A stretch of 64,000 bases of DNA from Escherichia coli (GCF_003334255.1 NZ_QOWU01000002.1), one strand, 5' to 3'. Shown: positions 29,553-46,654, counted from the first letter of the stretch. Notes: generated by a model not told the origin, from the letters alone. A program made the numbers and translations.

Positions 29553-29580
29553 AAAAAAGGCACATCAGTAGATGCGCCCT
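29553..29580 (-). terminator. Intrinsic terminator downstream of hupB
   Basis: Minus strand GGGCGCATCTACTGATGTGCC hairpin followed by TTTTTTATTTG. Confidence 0.7.
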
Positions 29581-29613
29581 TGAACTTCGTCACATCCCCA
29601 CTGGGGACAACGC

Positions 29614-29886
29614 TTAGTTTACCGCGTCTTTCAGTGCTTTACCTGCACGGAAGCTCGGTACTTTAGCAGCAGCGATGGTGATCTCTTTACCGGTCTGCGG
29701 GTTGCGGCCAGTACGGGCAGCACGCTCTTTAACGGCAAAAGTACCAAAACCTACCAGTGCTACATCATCCCCTTCTTTCAGAGATTCAGTTACGGAAGCA
29801 ATAATAGCATCTAACGCACGGCCAGCCGCAGCTTTAGAGATATCAGCCCCTGCAGCAATCTTGTCGATCAATTGAGATTTATTCAC
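29614..29886 (-). CDS. hupB: DNA-binding protein HU-beta
   Basis: 90-aa ORF; matches HU-beta. Confidence 0.97.
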
Positions 29887-30023
29887 TCTTCTCTTCCTCT
29901 TTATAATTTATATCGCACTTGAATCCTTCAAGGTACGAACGCGCAGCAGTTATATCAGGCCAGCCATCCCCTTACAACACCCCTTAATAAGGGCAAGCCC
30001 GATCCGCCATCTAACTTAGCGAG

Positions 30024-30073
30024 ACAAAAAAAGGCTGGCAAGCCCGAATTAGCCTGCCAGCCCTGTTTTTATT
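30024..30073. terminator. Intrinsic terminator downstream of lon (bidirectional-looking)
   Basis: Hairpin GGCTGGCAAGCCCGAATTAGCCTGCCAGCC flanked by an A7 run (T-run on minus strand) and by CTGTTTTTATT on the plus strand. Confidence 0.75.
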
Positions 30074-30094
30074 AGTGCATTTTGCGCGAGGTCA

Positions 30095-32449
30095 CTATTT
30101 TGCAGTCACAACCTGCATACCAGACGGTTCATTTTGCAGCGCCAGAGTCAGAACTTCCTCAATGCGCTTCACAGGATGAATGTCCAGATCGGCAATTACG
30201 TTGTCAGGAATCTCTTCCAGATCGCGTTTATTTTCGAACGGAATTAGCACTGTTTTAATCCCGCCGCGATGCGCTGCCAGGAGTTTTTCTTTCAAACCAC
30301 CGATCGGCAGTACCTGACCACGCAGAGTGATCTCACCGGTCATTGCCACATCGGCACGAACCGGGTTACCGGTCAGGCAAGAAACCAGCGCGGTGCACAT
30401 AGCAATACCGGCACTCGGACCATCTTTCGGCGTCGCACCTTCCGGTACGTGGACGTGGATGTCACGTTTTTCGTAAAAATCAGGGTTGATCCCCAGTTTT
30501 TCCGCACGCGCACGAACCACCGTTAACGCCGCCTGAATGGACTCCTGCATCACTTCGCCGAGCGAACCGGTATAGGTCAGTTTGCCTTTACCCGGAACAC
30601 ATGCGGTTTCAATGGTCAGCAAGTCACCGCCCACTTCCGTCCACGCCAGACCGGTTACCTGACCGACACGGTTTTCGTTATCCGCGCGACCATAGTCGAA
30701 ACGCTGAACACCGAGATAGTCATGCAGGTTATCGCCGTTAATTTCGATATGTTTTAATGACTTATCGAGCAGTAACTGCTTAACCGCTTTGCGACACAGT
30801 TTGGAGATTTCACGCTCCAGACCACGCACGCCCGCCTCACGGGTGTAGTAACGAATAATGCCGATAATGGCGCTATCGTCGACGGTCAGCTCACCTTTTT
30901 TCAGTGCATTACGTTCAATCTGCTTCGGCAGCAGGTGACGTTTGGCGATGTTCAGTTTTTCATCTTCGGTATAACCGGAGAGGCGAATCACTTCCATACG
31001 ATCCAGCAGCGGTGCCGGAATGTTCATGGAGTTCGACGTCGCGACAAACATCACGTCGCTGAGATCGTAATCCACTTCCAGGTAGTGGTCGCTGAACGCT
31101 ACGTTCTGCTCTGGATCCAGCACTTCAAGCAGTGCAGAGGCCGGATCGCCACGCATGTCAGAAGACATTTTGTCGATCTCATCGAGCAGGAACAGCGGGT
31201 TTTTCACGCCCACTTTCGCCATTTTCTGGATCAGTTTACCCGGCATAGAACCGATGTAAGTACGGCGGTGACCACGGATTTCCGCTTCATCACGCACGCC
31301 GCCCAGCGCCATACGGACATATTTACGCCCGGTGGCTTTGGCAATGGACTGACCAAGAGAGGTTTTACCTACCCCCGGCGGCCCTACCAGGCAGAGGATC
31401 GGTCCCTTGATTTTGTTGACACGGCTTTGAACCGCAAGATACTCAAGGATTCGATCTTTCACGCGCTCCAGACCATAATGGTCGGTATCAAGGATTTCCT
31501 GCGCCTGACGCAGGTCTTTTTTGACCTTGCTACGCGCATTCCACGGCACCTGTACCATCCAGTCGATATAACCACGCACTACGGTCGCTTCTGCCGACAT
31601 CGGAGACATCATTTTCAGCTTCTGCAACTCTGCTTCCGCTTTCTCTTTTGCCTCTTTCGGCATCTTCGCCGCGTCGATTTTGCGCTTCAGGGCTTCGTTT
31701 TCGTCCGGCGCGTCGTCCATTTCACCGAGTTCTTTCTGAATAGCTTTCATTTGCTCGTTCAGATAGTACTCACGCTGGGATTTCTCCATCTGCTTTTTAA
31801 CGCGGTTGCGAATGCGTTTCTCAACCTGCAGCAGATCGATTTCCGATTCCATCATTGCCATCAGATATTCCAGACGTTCGTTAACGTCGGACATCTCCAG
31901 AACAGACTGTTTGTCAGCCAGTTTCAGCGGCATATGTGCAGCAATGGTATCCGCCAGACGCGCCGGATCGTCGATGCTATTCAGCGACGTCAGCACTTCT
32001 GGTGGGATTTTTTTGTTCAGCTTGATGTAGCCTTCGAACTGGCTGATTGCAGTACGCACCAGCACTTCCTGTTCCCGCTCATCAATGGTCGGCGACTCCA
32101 GATACTCCGCCTTCGCAGAAAAGTGTTCGCCATTGTCAGAGAGCGCAGAAATACGCGCGCGCTGTAACCCCTCGACCAGCACTTTGACGGTGCCGTCAGG
32201 CAGTTTCAGCATCTGCAATATAGAGGCCACGGTCCCGACGGTGAAAAGATCGTTTACACCCGGCTCATCCGTTGAAGCTTCTTTCTGCGCGACCAGCATA
32301 ATTTTTTTATCATGGTCCATCGCCGCTTCCAGACAACGGATAGATTTTTCCCGCCCGACAAATAAGGGGATGACCATGTGCGGATAAACCACCACATCGC
32401 GCAGCGGCAATACGGGGATTTCAATGCGTTCAGAACGCTCAGGATTCAT
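30095..32449 (-). CDS. lon: ATP-dependent protease Lon
   Basis: 784-aa protein starting [18 protein letters not shown]; Walker A GPPGVGKT; catalytic Ser in PKDGPSAG; ORF track extends 15 codons upstream. Confidence 0.96.
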   Translation of the reverse strand: MNPERSERIEIPVLPLRDVVVYPHMVIPLFVGREKSIRCLEAAMDHDKKIMLVAQKEASTDEPGVNDLFTVGTVASILQMLKLPDGTVKVLVEGLQRARISALSDNGEHFSAKAEYLESPTIDEREQEVLVRTAISQFEGYIKLNKKIPPEVLTSLNSIDDPARLADTIAAHMPLKLADKQSVLEMSDVNERLEYLMAMMESEIDLLQVEKRIRNRVKKQMEKSQREYYLNEQMKAIQKELGEMDDAPDENEALKRKIDAAKMPKEAKEKAEAELQKLKMMSPMSAEATVVRGYIDWMVQVPWNARSKVKKDLRQAQEILDTDHYGLERVKDRILEYLAVQSRVNKIKGPILCLVGPPGVGKTSLGQSIAKATGRKYVRMALGGVRDEAEIRGHRRTYIGSMPGKLIQKMAKVGVKNPLFLLDEIDKMSSDMRGDPASALLEVLDPEQNVAFSDHYLEVDYDLSDVMFVATSNSMNIPAPLLDRMEVIRLSGYTEDEKLNIAKRHLLPKQIERNALKKGELTVDDSAIIGIIRYYTREAGVRGLEREISKLCRKAVKQLLLDKSLKHIEINGDNLHDYLGVQRFDYGRADNENRVGQVTGLAWTEVGGDLLTIETACVPGKGKLTYTGSLGEVMQESIQAALTVVRARAEKLGINPDFYEKRDIHVHVPEGATPKDGPSAGIAMCTALVSCLTGNPVRADVAMTGEITLRGQVLPIGGLKEKLLAAHRGGIKTVLIPFENKRDLEEIPDNVIADLDIHPVKRIEEVLTLALQNEPSGMQVVTAK

Positions 32450-32532
32450 AGAGCTCTCTCTTAGTTTAATTTCCGCCAGGTAATCAGATGACACGACTGT
32501 GCTTCACGCCATCTATTAACATGTACGTCAGT

Positions 32533-32559
32533 ATATGGGGATGTTTCCCCCACATTCAA
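32533..32559 (-). promoter_or_regulatory. Sigma-32 heat-shock promoter of lon
   Basis: Minus strand TTGAAT (-35) - 13 nt - CCCCATAT (-10), fitting the sigma-32 consensus; about 85 nt upstream of the lon ATG. Confidence 0.75.
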
Positions 32560-32582
32560 CGCCGAGAATAGAGGAAAAATTA

Positions 32583-32612
32583 AAGGGGAGATAAAATCCC
32601 CCCTTTTTGGTT
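32583..32612 (-). terminator. Intrinsic terminator downstream of clpX
   Basis: Minus strand GGGGGGATTTTATCTCCCC hairpin followed by TTTAATTTTT, between the clpX stop and the lon promoter. Confidence 0.65.
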
Positions 32613-32636
32613 AACTAATTGTATGGGAATGGTTAA

Positions 32637-33911
32637 TTATTCACCAGATGCCTGTTGCGCTTCCGGCTTGCCATAAATCAGCAACGGTTTGCTTTGACCA
32701 TCAATTACCGACTCGTCGATAACCACTTTTTCGACGTCTTCCATGGACGGCAGATCGTACATGGTATCGAGCAGTGCGGCTTCTACGATGGAACGCAGGC
32801 CACGGGCACCGGTTTTACGCGCCATCGCTTTCTTAGCGATAGCATCCAGCGCCTCGTCACGGAATTCCAGATCCACGCCTTCCAGATTAAACAGCGCCTG
32901 ATACTGCTTGGTCAGGGCGTTTTTCGGCTCTTTGAGGATCTGAATCAGAGCTTCTTCGCTCAGTTCATTCAACGTTGCGACAACCGGCAGACGACCAATA
33001 AACTCAGGGATAAGACCAAACTTGATCAGATCTTCCGGTTCAACCTGCGCCAGCAGCTCGCCTTCGCTTGCTTTGTCGGACTTCGCTTTTACCGTCGCGC
33101 CAAAACCAATGCCGGAGCCGGTTTCTACACGGTGGGAAATCACTTTATCCAGACCGGCAAACGCACCGCCACAAATAAACAGGATCTTAGAGGTATCAAC
33201 CTGCAAGAATTCCTGCTGCGGATGTTTACGCCCACCTTGCGGTGGAACAGCAGCTACCGTACCTTCGATCAGTTTCAACAGTGCCTGCTGTACGCCTTCA
33301 CCGGAAACGTCTCGGGTAATGGACGGGTTGTCTGACTTACGAGAAATCTTGTCGATTTCATCGATGTAGACAATACCACGCTGTGCTTTCTGGACATCGT
33401 AGTCGCATTTCTGCAACAGCTTCTGAATGATGTTTTCAACGTCTTCACCCACATAACCGGCTTCGGTCAGTGTAGTCGCGTCGGCCATGGTGAACGGAAC
33501 ATCCAGCAGGCGCGCCAGCGTTTCAGCCAGCAGCGTTTTACCGGAACCGGTCGGACCGATCAGCAGAATGTTACTTTTGCCCAACTCGACGCCATTGCTG
33601 GTATCGCCGTTGCGCAGACGTTTGTAATGGTTGTATACCGCGACCGCCAGCACTTTTTTCGCCTGTTCCTGGCCGATAACGTAATCGTCCAGGTGGTTGC
33701 GAATTTCATGCGGCGTCGGTAGCGCACTGCGTTCACGATGCGGTGCAACTTCTTTAATCTCTTCGCGAATGATGTCGTTACATAAATCAACACATTCGTC
33801 GCAGATATACACGGATGGACCGGCAATCAGCTTGCGCACTTCATGCTGGCTTTTGCCGCAAAAAGAGCAATACAGCAATTTGCCTGAGCCATCTTTGCGT
33901 TTATCTGTCAT
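32637..33911 (-). CDS. clpX: ATP-dependent Clp protease ATPase subunit ClpX
   Basis: 424-aa ORF; N-terminal zinc-binding CxxC...CxxC; Walker A GPTGSGKT. Confidence 0.97.
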
Positions 33912-34036
33912 GGGTCAAAACCTCTTCTTTGTTCTTTGTGCCGCACACGACGACGCAAATGCCATTCTCAGGCGCAAGCCGCTTACAGCGTTGTGCCGCC
34001 CTGGATAAGTATAGCGGCACAGTTGCGCCTCTGGCA

Positions 34037-34660
34037 TCAATTACGATGGGTCAGAATCGAATCGACCAGACCGTATTCCACCGCTTCAGGGGCGGAAAGG
34101 AAGCGATCGCGCTCGGTATCACGTTCAATCTGTTCTAATGATTGACCCGTATGAAGCGCCATAAGTTCATTCATGCGCCCTTTAACTTTCAGAATTTCAC
34201 GGGCATGAATTTCGATATCGGTCGCCTGGCCCTGGTAGCCGCCCAACGGTTGGTGAATCATCACGCGCGAATTCGGCAGGCAAAAACGTTTACCTTTTGC
34301 CCCTGCGGTCAGCAAGAAAGCGCCCATCGAGGCCGCCTGGCCCATACAGATGGTGCTGACATCAGGCTTGATAAACTGCATGGTGTCATAGATAGACATC
34401 CCGGCAGTGATCACCCCGCCTGGGGAGTTAATGTACAGATAGATATCTTTTTCTGGGTTTTCCGCTTCCAGGAACAGCATCTGCGCCACAATCAGGTTAG
34501 CCATGTGGTCTTCAACCTGGCCAGTCAGAAAAATGACGCGTTCCTTAAGTAGACGAGAATAGATATCAAAAGAGCGCTCACCGCGTGAGGTCTGTTCAAT
34601 GACCATCGGCACCAGCGCCATATGGGGTGCAAAGTTATCTCGTTCGCCGCTGTATGACAT
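34037..34660 (-). CDS. clpP: ATP-dependent Clp protease proteolytic subunit ClpP
   Basis: 207-aa ORF; translation matches ClpP. Confidence 0.97.
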   Translation of the reverse strand: MSYSGERDNFAPHMALVPMVIEQTSRGERSFDIYSRLLKERVIFLTGQVEDHMANLIVAQMLFLEAENPEKDIYLYINSPGGVITAGMSIYDTMQFIKPDVSTICMGQAASMGAFLLTAGAKGKRFCLPNSRVMIHQPLGGYQGQATDIEIHAREILKVKGRMNELMALHTGQSLEQIERDTERDRFLSAPEAVEYGLVDSILTHRN

Positions 34661-34738
34661 TTCCGTCTCCTGGATAAAATTGAAAAAACCTGCTGTACCG
34701 ATTGTAACCTTATGGACGGATTATCAGCTAGTCCCTGT

Positions 34739-34768
34739 GTTATGGGTACGGCATCACCATATTTCAAG
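34739..34768 (-). promoter_or_regulatory. Candidate sigma-32 promoter of clpP
   Basis: Minus strand CTTGAAA (-35) - 15 nt - CCCATAAC (-10-like), about 80-110 nt upstream of the clpP ATG. Confidence 0.45.
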
Positions 34769-34839
34769 CATAACAATCTTTTGTTGTTACGCTAACACCG
34801 AAAGAGGCTTTTCGCACGGTTCCATGCAAAATTCATGAC

Positions 34840-34871
34840 AAAAAAAAGCCCACCACCTGGCGGTGACGGGC
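34840..34871 (-). terminator. Intrinsic terminator downstream of tig
   Basis: Minus strand GCCCGTCACCGCCAGGTGGTGGGC hairpin followed by TTTTTTTT, about 35 nt after the tig stop. Confidence 0.8.
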
Positions 34872-34905
34872 CTTTGTGCGAATTTAGCGCGTTATGCTGC
34901 GTAAA

Positions 34906-36213
<1,308 letters not shown>

Positions 36214-36460
36214 TCAAAAAATCACAGTGCTCGGTCAACTCTTACCCCGCAAGCACAGGTTGTTGGCTTCGCGGAACCGGGATGTTCTTATAATCAATCA
36301 CATTCCCTGTTACCAGAATCATCCCGAAAGCATTCAAATAGGACGCGGCATTATAGCGGCATCACTTTTATGAGTCGAGAACGGTTATTGCGCGCTGTCG
36401 CGTATTTTTTCACAATTCCCGGGCAATTTTCGTCTGAATGCTGGGCAAAAAGCGCAAAAT

Positions 36461-36495
36461 CCAGACAAAACAAAACGGCCCGCAGGCCGTTTTTC
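36461..36495 (-). terminator. Intrinsic terminator downstream of bolA
   Basis: Hairpin ACGGCCCGCAGGCCGT with a T-rich tract on the minus strand, about 55 nt after the bolA stop. Confidence 0.65.
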
Positions 36496-36547
36496 ATAAA
36501 AACTTTAGCAACATACTGGAAAAGCGCCGACAGTTGCAAATGCGTTT

Positions 36548-36865
36548 TTACGCGATGCTTCCTGCTCCACGACAGGGAGGAGAGGCAAAGACGGTGTCCT
36601 GCAACCCTTCCCACTCCTTAATAGTGTAAGTATGCAGAGCCAGCGCATGAACGGTAGTAGAGAGTTCCTCCGCTAAAGTACTGTAAATCATTCGATGACG
36701 ATTCAGAAAACGTTCACCCGTAAAACGATCGCTGACCAGCACAACTTTAAAATGGCTTTCAGAGCCGGCTGGGACATTGTGACGATAGCTTTCATCCACT
36801 ACTTCGAGGAATACGGGTTGGAACGCCGCCCTTAATTTTTCTTCTATCCGCTCACGTATCATCAT
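36548..36865 (-). CDS. bolA: Stress/morphogene regulator BolA
   Basis: 105-aa protein starting [15 protein letters not shown]; ORF track extends 11 codons upstream. Confidence 0.9.
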
Positions 36866-37169
36866 GAAATATCTCCTCCGACAACGCTGAGATGTCATCC
36901 ATCCCTTTAAATACTAGCCGCTTTTACCGTTTCCATTGCAGCTTAACAACAAATATTTAGGTTTCGTCCTGGTTTTTCCGTCAAGCGTATGAAGTTTACT
37001 GATTTAAAGATTGAAACACAGGCCTCGCATCAGTGTTTCTTTTACCAGGGGCGATTATTTCGTCAACATGATGAATTTACATGCCTTACCCACTTCCCCT
37101 CGCCGTTGGCAATGTTATGATGGCGGGAATTTTTACCAAACACGCTTAAGAGTCTCTGAGAGCCCGAAC

Positions 37170-37748
37170 ATGTTCAAAAAAATCCTCTTCCCGTTAGTTG
37201 CTCTGTTTATGCTTGCAGGATGCGCAAAACCGCCAACAACTATTGAAGTTTCCCCGACGATTACACTGCCACAGCAGGATCCAAGCCTGATGGGCGTCAC
37301 CGTAAGCATTAATGGTGCCGATCAGCGTACCGATCAGGCGCTGGCAAAAGTCACCCGCGATAATCAAATCGTTACCCTGACCGCCTCCCGCGATCTGCGT
37401 TTCCTGCTGCAAGAAGTGCTGGAAAAACAGATGACCGCGCGTGGTTACATGGTTGGTCCGAATGGCCCGGTTAATCTGCAAATCATCGTTAGCCAACTGT
37501 ATGCTGACGTGTCCCAGGGCAACGTGCGCTACAACATCGCGACCAAAGCGGATATCGCCATCATCGCTACCGCGCAGAATGGCAACAAAATGACCAAAAA
37601 CTATCGTGCCAGCTACAACGTTGAAGGTGCGTTCCAGGCCTCCAACAAAAATATCGCCGATGCGGTTAACAGTGTGCTGACCGATACCATCGCTGATATG
37701 TCTCAGGACACCAGCATCCACGAATTCATCAAGCAGAACGCGCGTTAA
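37170..37748 (+). CDS. yajG: Lipoprotein YajG
   Basis: 192-aa protein starting MFKKILFPLVALFMLAGC (lipobox); ORF track extends 53 codons upstream. Confidence 0.88.
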   Translation: MFKKILFPLVALFMLAGCAKPPTTIEVSPTITLPQQDPSLMGVTVSINGADQRTDQALAKVTRDNQIVTLTASRDLRFLLQEVLEKQMTARGYMVGPNGPVNLQIIVSQLYADVSQGNVRYNIATKADIAIIATAQNGNKMTKNYRASYNVEGAFQASNKNIADAVNSVLTDTIADMSQDTSIHEFIKQNAR

Positions 37749-37791
37749 TTTCTGCCCTCTGGCCCGGTGCAAGCCGGGCCTGTAGACGCCC

Positions 37792-39267
37792 ATGTCCAGT
37801 CAATATTTACGTATTTTTCAACAGCCGCGTTCAGCCATATTGCTGATCCTGGGTTTTGCTTCCGGGCTACCGCTCGCCCTGACATCCGGTACCTTACAGG
37901 CCTGGATGACGGTCGAGAATATTGATCTCAAAACCATTGGTTTCTTCTCTCTGGTAGGCCAGGCTTACGTTTTTAAATTCCTCTGGTCACCGCTGATGGA
38001 CCGCTACACGCCTCCATTTTTTGGGCGGCGACGCGGTTGGCTGCTCGCCACGCAAATCCTGTTATTAGTCGCCATTGCGGCGATGGGTTTTCTCGAACCA
38101 GGCACCCAACTCCGCTGGATGGCGGCGCTGGCGGTGGTGATCGCTTTTTGCTCTGCCTCCCAGGATATTGTCTTCGATGCGTGGAAAACCGATGTGCTCC
38201 CGGCAGAAGAACGTGGTGCGGGCGCGGCAATCAGCGTTCTGGGTTACCGTTTAGGGATGCTGGTTTCCGGCGGCCTAGCCCTGTGGCTGGCAGATAAATG
38301 GCTGGGCTGGCAGGGCATGTACTGGTTGATGGCGGCGCTGTTGATCCCCTGTATTATCGCGACGTTGCTTGCACCAGAACCGACCGACACCATTCCTGTG
38401 CCAAAAACGCTGGAACAAGCGGTTGTTGCACCTCTGCGAGATTTCTTTGGTCGCAATAATGCCTGGCTTATTTTGCTTCTTATCGTGCTGTATAAGCTGG
38501 GCGACGCATTCGCCATGAGCCTGACAACCACGTTTTTGATTCGCGGCGTCGGGTTTGATGCGGGTGAAGTAGGCGTGGTTAACAAAACGCTTGGCTTACT
38601 AGCGACCATTGTTGGCGCATTGTACGGTGGGATTTTGATGCAGCGCCTGTCACTGTTCCGGGCACTGCTGATTTTCGGCATTTTACAAGGTGCGTCTAAC
38701 GCCGGTTACTGGCTGCTGTCGATTACTGATAAGCATCTCTACAGCATGGGCGCAGCCGTCTTTTTCGAAAACCTCTGTGGCGGGATGGGCACATCAGCCT
38801 TTGTCGCGCTGTTAATGACGCTATGTAATAAGTCATTTTCCGCTACTCAATTTGCCCTGCTCTCAGCGCTTTCTGCTGTAGGGCGAGTTTATGTCGGCCC
38901 CGTGGCGGGTTGGTTTGTTGAAGCACACGGCTGGTCGACATTCTATCTATTCTCCGTCGCCGCTGCCGTACCAGGGCTTATTTTGCTGCTGGTTTGCCGC
39001 CAGACGCTTGAATATACACGAGTAAATGACAACTTTATCTCCCGTACCGCATATCCGGCAGGTTATGCCTTTGCCATGTGGACACTGGCGGCGGGCGTCA
39101 GCCTGTTGGCCGTGTGGTTACTGCTATTGACGATGGACGCGCTGGATTTGACGCACTTCTCTTTCCTGCCTGCTCTGCTGGAAGTCGGGGTTTTAGTCGC
39201 CCTTTCTGGCGTCGTGCTTGGTGGTTTGCTGGATTATCTGGCGCTACGAAAAACGCATCTGACGTAA
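37792..39267 (+). CDS. ampG: Muropeptide permease AmpG (MFS)
   Basis: 491-aa ORF; polytopic membrane protein matching AmpG. Confidence 0.93.
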   Translation: MSSQYLRIFQQPRSAILLILGFASGLPLALTSGTLQAWMTVENIDLKTIGFFSLVGQAYVFKFLWSPLMDRYTPPFFGRRRGWLLATQILLLVAIAAMGFLEPGTQLRWMAALAVVIAFCSASQDIVFDAWKTDVLPAEERGAGAAISVLGYRLGMLVSGGLALWLADKWLGWQGMYWLMAALLIPCIIATLLAPEPTDTIPVPKTLEQAVVAPLRDFFGRNNAWLILLLIVLYKLGDAFAMSLTTTFLIRGVGFDAGEVGVVNKTLGLLATIVGALYGGILMQRLSLFRALLIFGILQGASNAGYWLLSITDKHLYSMGAAVFFENLCGGMGTSAFVALLMTLCNKSFSATQFALLSALSAVGRVYVGPVAGWFVEAHGWSTFYLFSVAAAVPGLILLLVCRQTLEYTRVNDNFISRTAYPAGYAFAMWTLAAGVSLLAVWLLLLTMDALDLTHFSFLPALLEVGVLVALSGVVLGGLLDYLALRKTHLT

Positions 39268-39723
39268 TCTGTAAATATTATTTAGCTGTAGTAATCACTC
39301 GCCGTAATTATTACGGCTAAATAAACATCAGTATCGCTTATTAATATTTGTTCTTTTGTGCGGCTTAGCGTTTGGAAATTATTGGCGCCATTTATAAATT
39401 CTATTTTTCTTACACGATTCAGCTAATGAGTCTTTATTTTCTCATCACCCAGTTGTCACTCTAATGATAATTATTTGTTAAATAATTGTTTTATTTCACA
39501 TTGGTTATACCAATTGCCCGCCCAGACTCCTTCAGCACTCCCCTTTTGTTATAACGCCCTTTTGCAACAGCTTCTTAAAATCAACCTGATATGTTTTGCA
39601 ACATATGTGACCTGGCAGCCAAATCCAAGTAACAGGAATTTAATCATGTTTACAGTAATGTAACCTTCCCGTAAAATGCCCACACACTTTAAACGCCACC
39701 AGATCCCGTGGAATTGAGGTCGT

Positions 39724-40674
<951 letters not shown>

Positions 40675-40683
40675 AGGGGTTGA

Positions 40684-43620
<2,937 letters not shown>

Positions 43621-43631
43621 GAGCGGCGGTT

Positions 43632-44522
43632 ATGATGTTTAAGCAATACCTGCAAGTAACGAAACCAGGCATCATCTTTGGCAACCTGATCTCGGTGATT
43701 GGGGGATTCCTGCTGGCCTCAAAGGGCAGCATTGATTATCCCTTGTTTATCTACACGCTGGTTGGGGTGTCACTGGTTGTGGCGTCGGGTTGTGTGTTTA
43801 ACAACTACATCGACAGGGATATCGACAGAAAGATGGAAAGGACGAAGAATCGGGTGCTGGTTAAAGGCCTGATCTCTCCTGCTGTCTCGCTGGTGTACGC
43901 CACCTTGCTGGGTATTGCTGGCTTTATGCTGCTGTGGTTTGGCGCGAATCCGCTGGCCTGCTGGCTGGGGGTGATGGGCTTTGTGGTTTATGTCGGCGTC
44001 TATAGCCTGTACATGAAACGCCACTCAGTCTACGGCACATTGATTGGTTCGCTCTCCGGCGCTGCGCCGCCGGTGATTGGCTACTGTGCAGTAACCGGCG
44101 AGTTCGATAGCGGCGCAGCGATCCTGCTGGCTATCTTCAGCCTGTGGCAGATGCCTCACTCCTATGCCATCGCCATTTTCCGCTTTAAGGATTACCAGGC
44201 GGCAAACATTCCGGTATTGCCAGTGGTAAAAGGCATTTCGGTGGCGAAGAATCACATCACGCTGTATATCATCGCCTTTGCCGTTGCCACGCTGATGCTC
44301 TCTCTTGGCGGTTACGCTGGATATAAATATCTGGTGGTCGCCGCGGCGGTTAGCGTCTGGTGGTTAGGTATGGCTCTGCGCGGTTATAAAGTTGCTGATG
44401 ACAGAATCTGGGCGCGCAAGCTGTTCGGCTTCTCTATCATCGCCATCACTGCCCTCTCGGTGATGATGTCCGTTGATTTTATGGTACCGGACTCGCATAC
44501 GCTGCTGGCTGCTGTGTGGTAA
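43632..44522 (+). CDS. cyoE: Protohaem IX farnesyltransferase (haem O synthase)
   Basis: 296-aa protein starting [18 protein letters not shown]; ORF track extends 15 codons upstream. Confidence 0.93.
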
Positions 44523-44537
44523 CAAAACCTCTCAGTT

Positions 44538-44563
44538 AAAAAGGTGCTACGGCACCTTTTTTC
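44538..44563 (+). terminator. Intrinsic terminator of the cyoABCDE operon
   Basis: AAAAAGGTGCTACGGCACCTTTTTT: GC hairpin plus T6, about 20 nt after the cyoE stop. Confidence 0.8.
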
Positions 44564-44670
44564 TTAGCATTAGAAACATATCCCTCTCGAAATATTTACT
44601 AAAAAATCCGCATGTTTACCCCATTCGTTTGCCGCTTTACACTAGTCGCGAATTTAAAACAGAGGTGGTA

Positions 44671-46035
44671 ATGAACGATTATAAAATGACGCCAGGTGAG
44701 CGGCGCGCGACCTGGGGTTTAGGAACCGTTTTCTCGTTGCGCATGCTGGGCATGTTTATGGTTCTGCCGGTTCTGACCACGTATGGCATGGCTCTGCAAG
44801 GTGCCAGCGAAGCATTAATCGGTATTGCCATTGGTATTTATGGTCTGACTCAGGCCGTTTTTCAGATTCCGTTTGGCCTGCTTTCCGACCGCATTGGTCG
44901 CAAACCATTAATTGTCGGTGGGCTGGCGGTGTTTGCCGCCGGTAGCGTTATCGCTGCGCTTTCTGACTCCATCTGGGGAATTATTCTGGGCCGGGCGCTA
45001 CAAGGCTCCGGTGCGATTGCCGCTGCCGTTATGGCGCTGCTTTCCGATCTCACGCGCGAACAAAACCGCACCAAAGCAATGGCGTTTATCGGCGTGAGCT
45101 TTGGCATTACCTTTGCCATTGCGATGGTGCTTGGCCCGATCATCACTCACAAACTTGGGCTGCACGCGCTGTTCTGGATGATCGCTATTCTGGCAACGAC
45201 CGGCATTGCGTTGACCATTTGGGTTGTGCCCAACAGTAGCACTCACGTACTTAATCGTGAGTCCGGAATGGTGAAAGGCAGTTTCAGTAAAGTGCTGGCG
45301 GAACCGCGGCTGCTGAAACTCAACTTTGGCATTATGTGTCTGCATATTTTGCTGATGTCGACGTTTGTTGCCCTGCCCGGACAACTGGCTGATGCAGGGT
45401 TCCCGGCGGCTGAACACTGGAAGGTCTATCTGGCGACAATGCTAATCGCCTTTGGCTCGGTCGTGCCTTTCATTATCTACGCTGAAGTTAAGCGCAAAAT
45501 GAAGCAAGTCTTTGTCTTCTGCGTCGGGTTGATCGTGGTTGCGGAAATTGTGTTGTGGAACGCGCAAACGCAGTTCTGGCAACTGGTGGTCGGCGTGCAG
45601 CTTTTCTTTGTGGCGTTTAATTTGATGGAAGCCCTCCTGCCCTCACTTATCAGTAAAGAGTCGCCAGCAGGTTACAAAGGTACGGCGATGGGTGTTTACT
45701 CCACCAGCCAGTTTCTTGGCGTGGCGATTGGCGGTTCGCTGGGCGGCTGGATTGACGGCATGTTTGACGGTCAGGGGGTATTTCTCGCTGGCGCAATGCT
45801 GGCCGCAGTGTGGCTGACAGTCGCCAGTACCATGAAAGAACCGCCGTATGTCAGCAGTTTGCGCATTGAAATCCCGGCGAACATTGCCGCAAACGAGGCG
45901 TTAAAAGTGCGTTTGCTAGAAACTGAAGGCATCAAAGAAGTGTTGATTGCAGAAGAAGAACATTCAGCTTATGTGAAAATCGACAGCAAAGTGACGAATC
46001 GCTTTGAGATAGAACAGGCAATTCGTCAGGCATAA
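44671..46035 (+). CDS. yajR: MFS transporter YajR
   Basis: 454-aa protein starting MNDYKMTPGERRATWGLG; ORF track extends 66 codons upstream. Confidence 0.9.
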   Translation: MNDYKMTPGERRATWGLGTVFSLRMLGMFMVLPVLTTYGMALQGASEALIGIAIGIYGLTQAVFQIPFGLLSDRIGRKPLIVGGLAVFAAGSVIAALSDSIWGIILGRALQGSGAIAAAVMALLSDLTREQNRTKAMAFIGVSFGITFAIAMVLGPIITHKLGLHALFWMIAILATTGIALTIWVVPNSSTHVLNRESGMVKGSFSKVLAEPRLLKLNFGIMCLHILLMSTFVALPGQLADAGFPAAEHWKVYLATMLIAFGSVVPFIIYAEVKRKMKQVFVFCVGLIVVAEIVLWNAQTQFWQLVVGVQLFFVAFNLMEALLPSLISKESPAGYKGTAMGVYSTSQFLGVAIGGSLGGWIDGMFDGQGVFLAGAMLAAVWLTVASTMKEPPYVSSLRIEIPANIAANEALKVRLLETEGIKEVLIAEEEHSAYVKIDSKVTNRFEIEQAIRQA

Positions 46036-46050
46036 AAAACGCGGCGAATT

Positions 46051-46137
46051 GCCTGCTGCGCTACGCTTATCAGGCCTACAAAGTTTCTGAATTACAAACC
46101 TTTGTAGGCCGAATCAGGCGTTCATGCCGCATCTGAC
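46051..46137. repeat. BIME-like pair of REP palindromes between convergent yajR and yajQ
   Basis: GCCTGCTGCGCTACGCTTATCAGGCCTAC and GTAGGCCGAATCAGGCGTTCATGCCGCATCTGAC. Confidence 0.8.
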
Positions 46138-46162
46138 ATGAACAAAACGCACATAGTCGCGA

Positions 46163-46654
46163 TTAATCGCGGAAGTTTTTGAACTGGAACGGCTGACCGA
46201 GATCGCCACCACGTACCATCGCCATGACAGCCTGCAAATCATCACGAGATTTGCCCGTTACGCGGATTTCATCGCCCTGAATTTGCGCCTGCACTTTCAG
46301 TTTGCTGTCTTTGATCATCTTGACGATTTTCTTCTGGGTCGCGCTCTCAATGCCCTGTTTCAGTTTCGCTTCCACAAACCAGGTTTTACCGCTATGAACG
46401 ATATTTTCCGGTACATCCAGTGAACTGCCTTCAATGCCGCGCTTCAGCAGCTTGGCACGCAAAATATCCAGCAACTGATTGACCTGGAAATCGGACTCGC
46501 TCAACACTTTGATGGTTTTGCTGGCGTCATTCAGCTCAAATGAGGCTTCAACGTTACGGAAGTCAAAACGGGACTCCACTTCGCGGCTCGCGTTATCGAC
46601 CGCGTTACGTGCTTCCTGAAGATCAACTTCAGAGACAATATCGAAAGATGGCAT
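46163..46654 (-). CDS. yajQ: Nucleotide-binding protein YajQ (UPF0234)
   Basis: 163-aa protein starting [17 protein letters not shown]; ORF track extends 56 codons upstream. Confidence 0.9.

Noticed and set aside
30935-32167. 410-aa ORF on the plus strand, antisense to lon
   Set aside because: Contained within lon on the opposite strand; F/R/H-rich low-complexity translation with no start-site signals.
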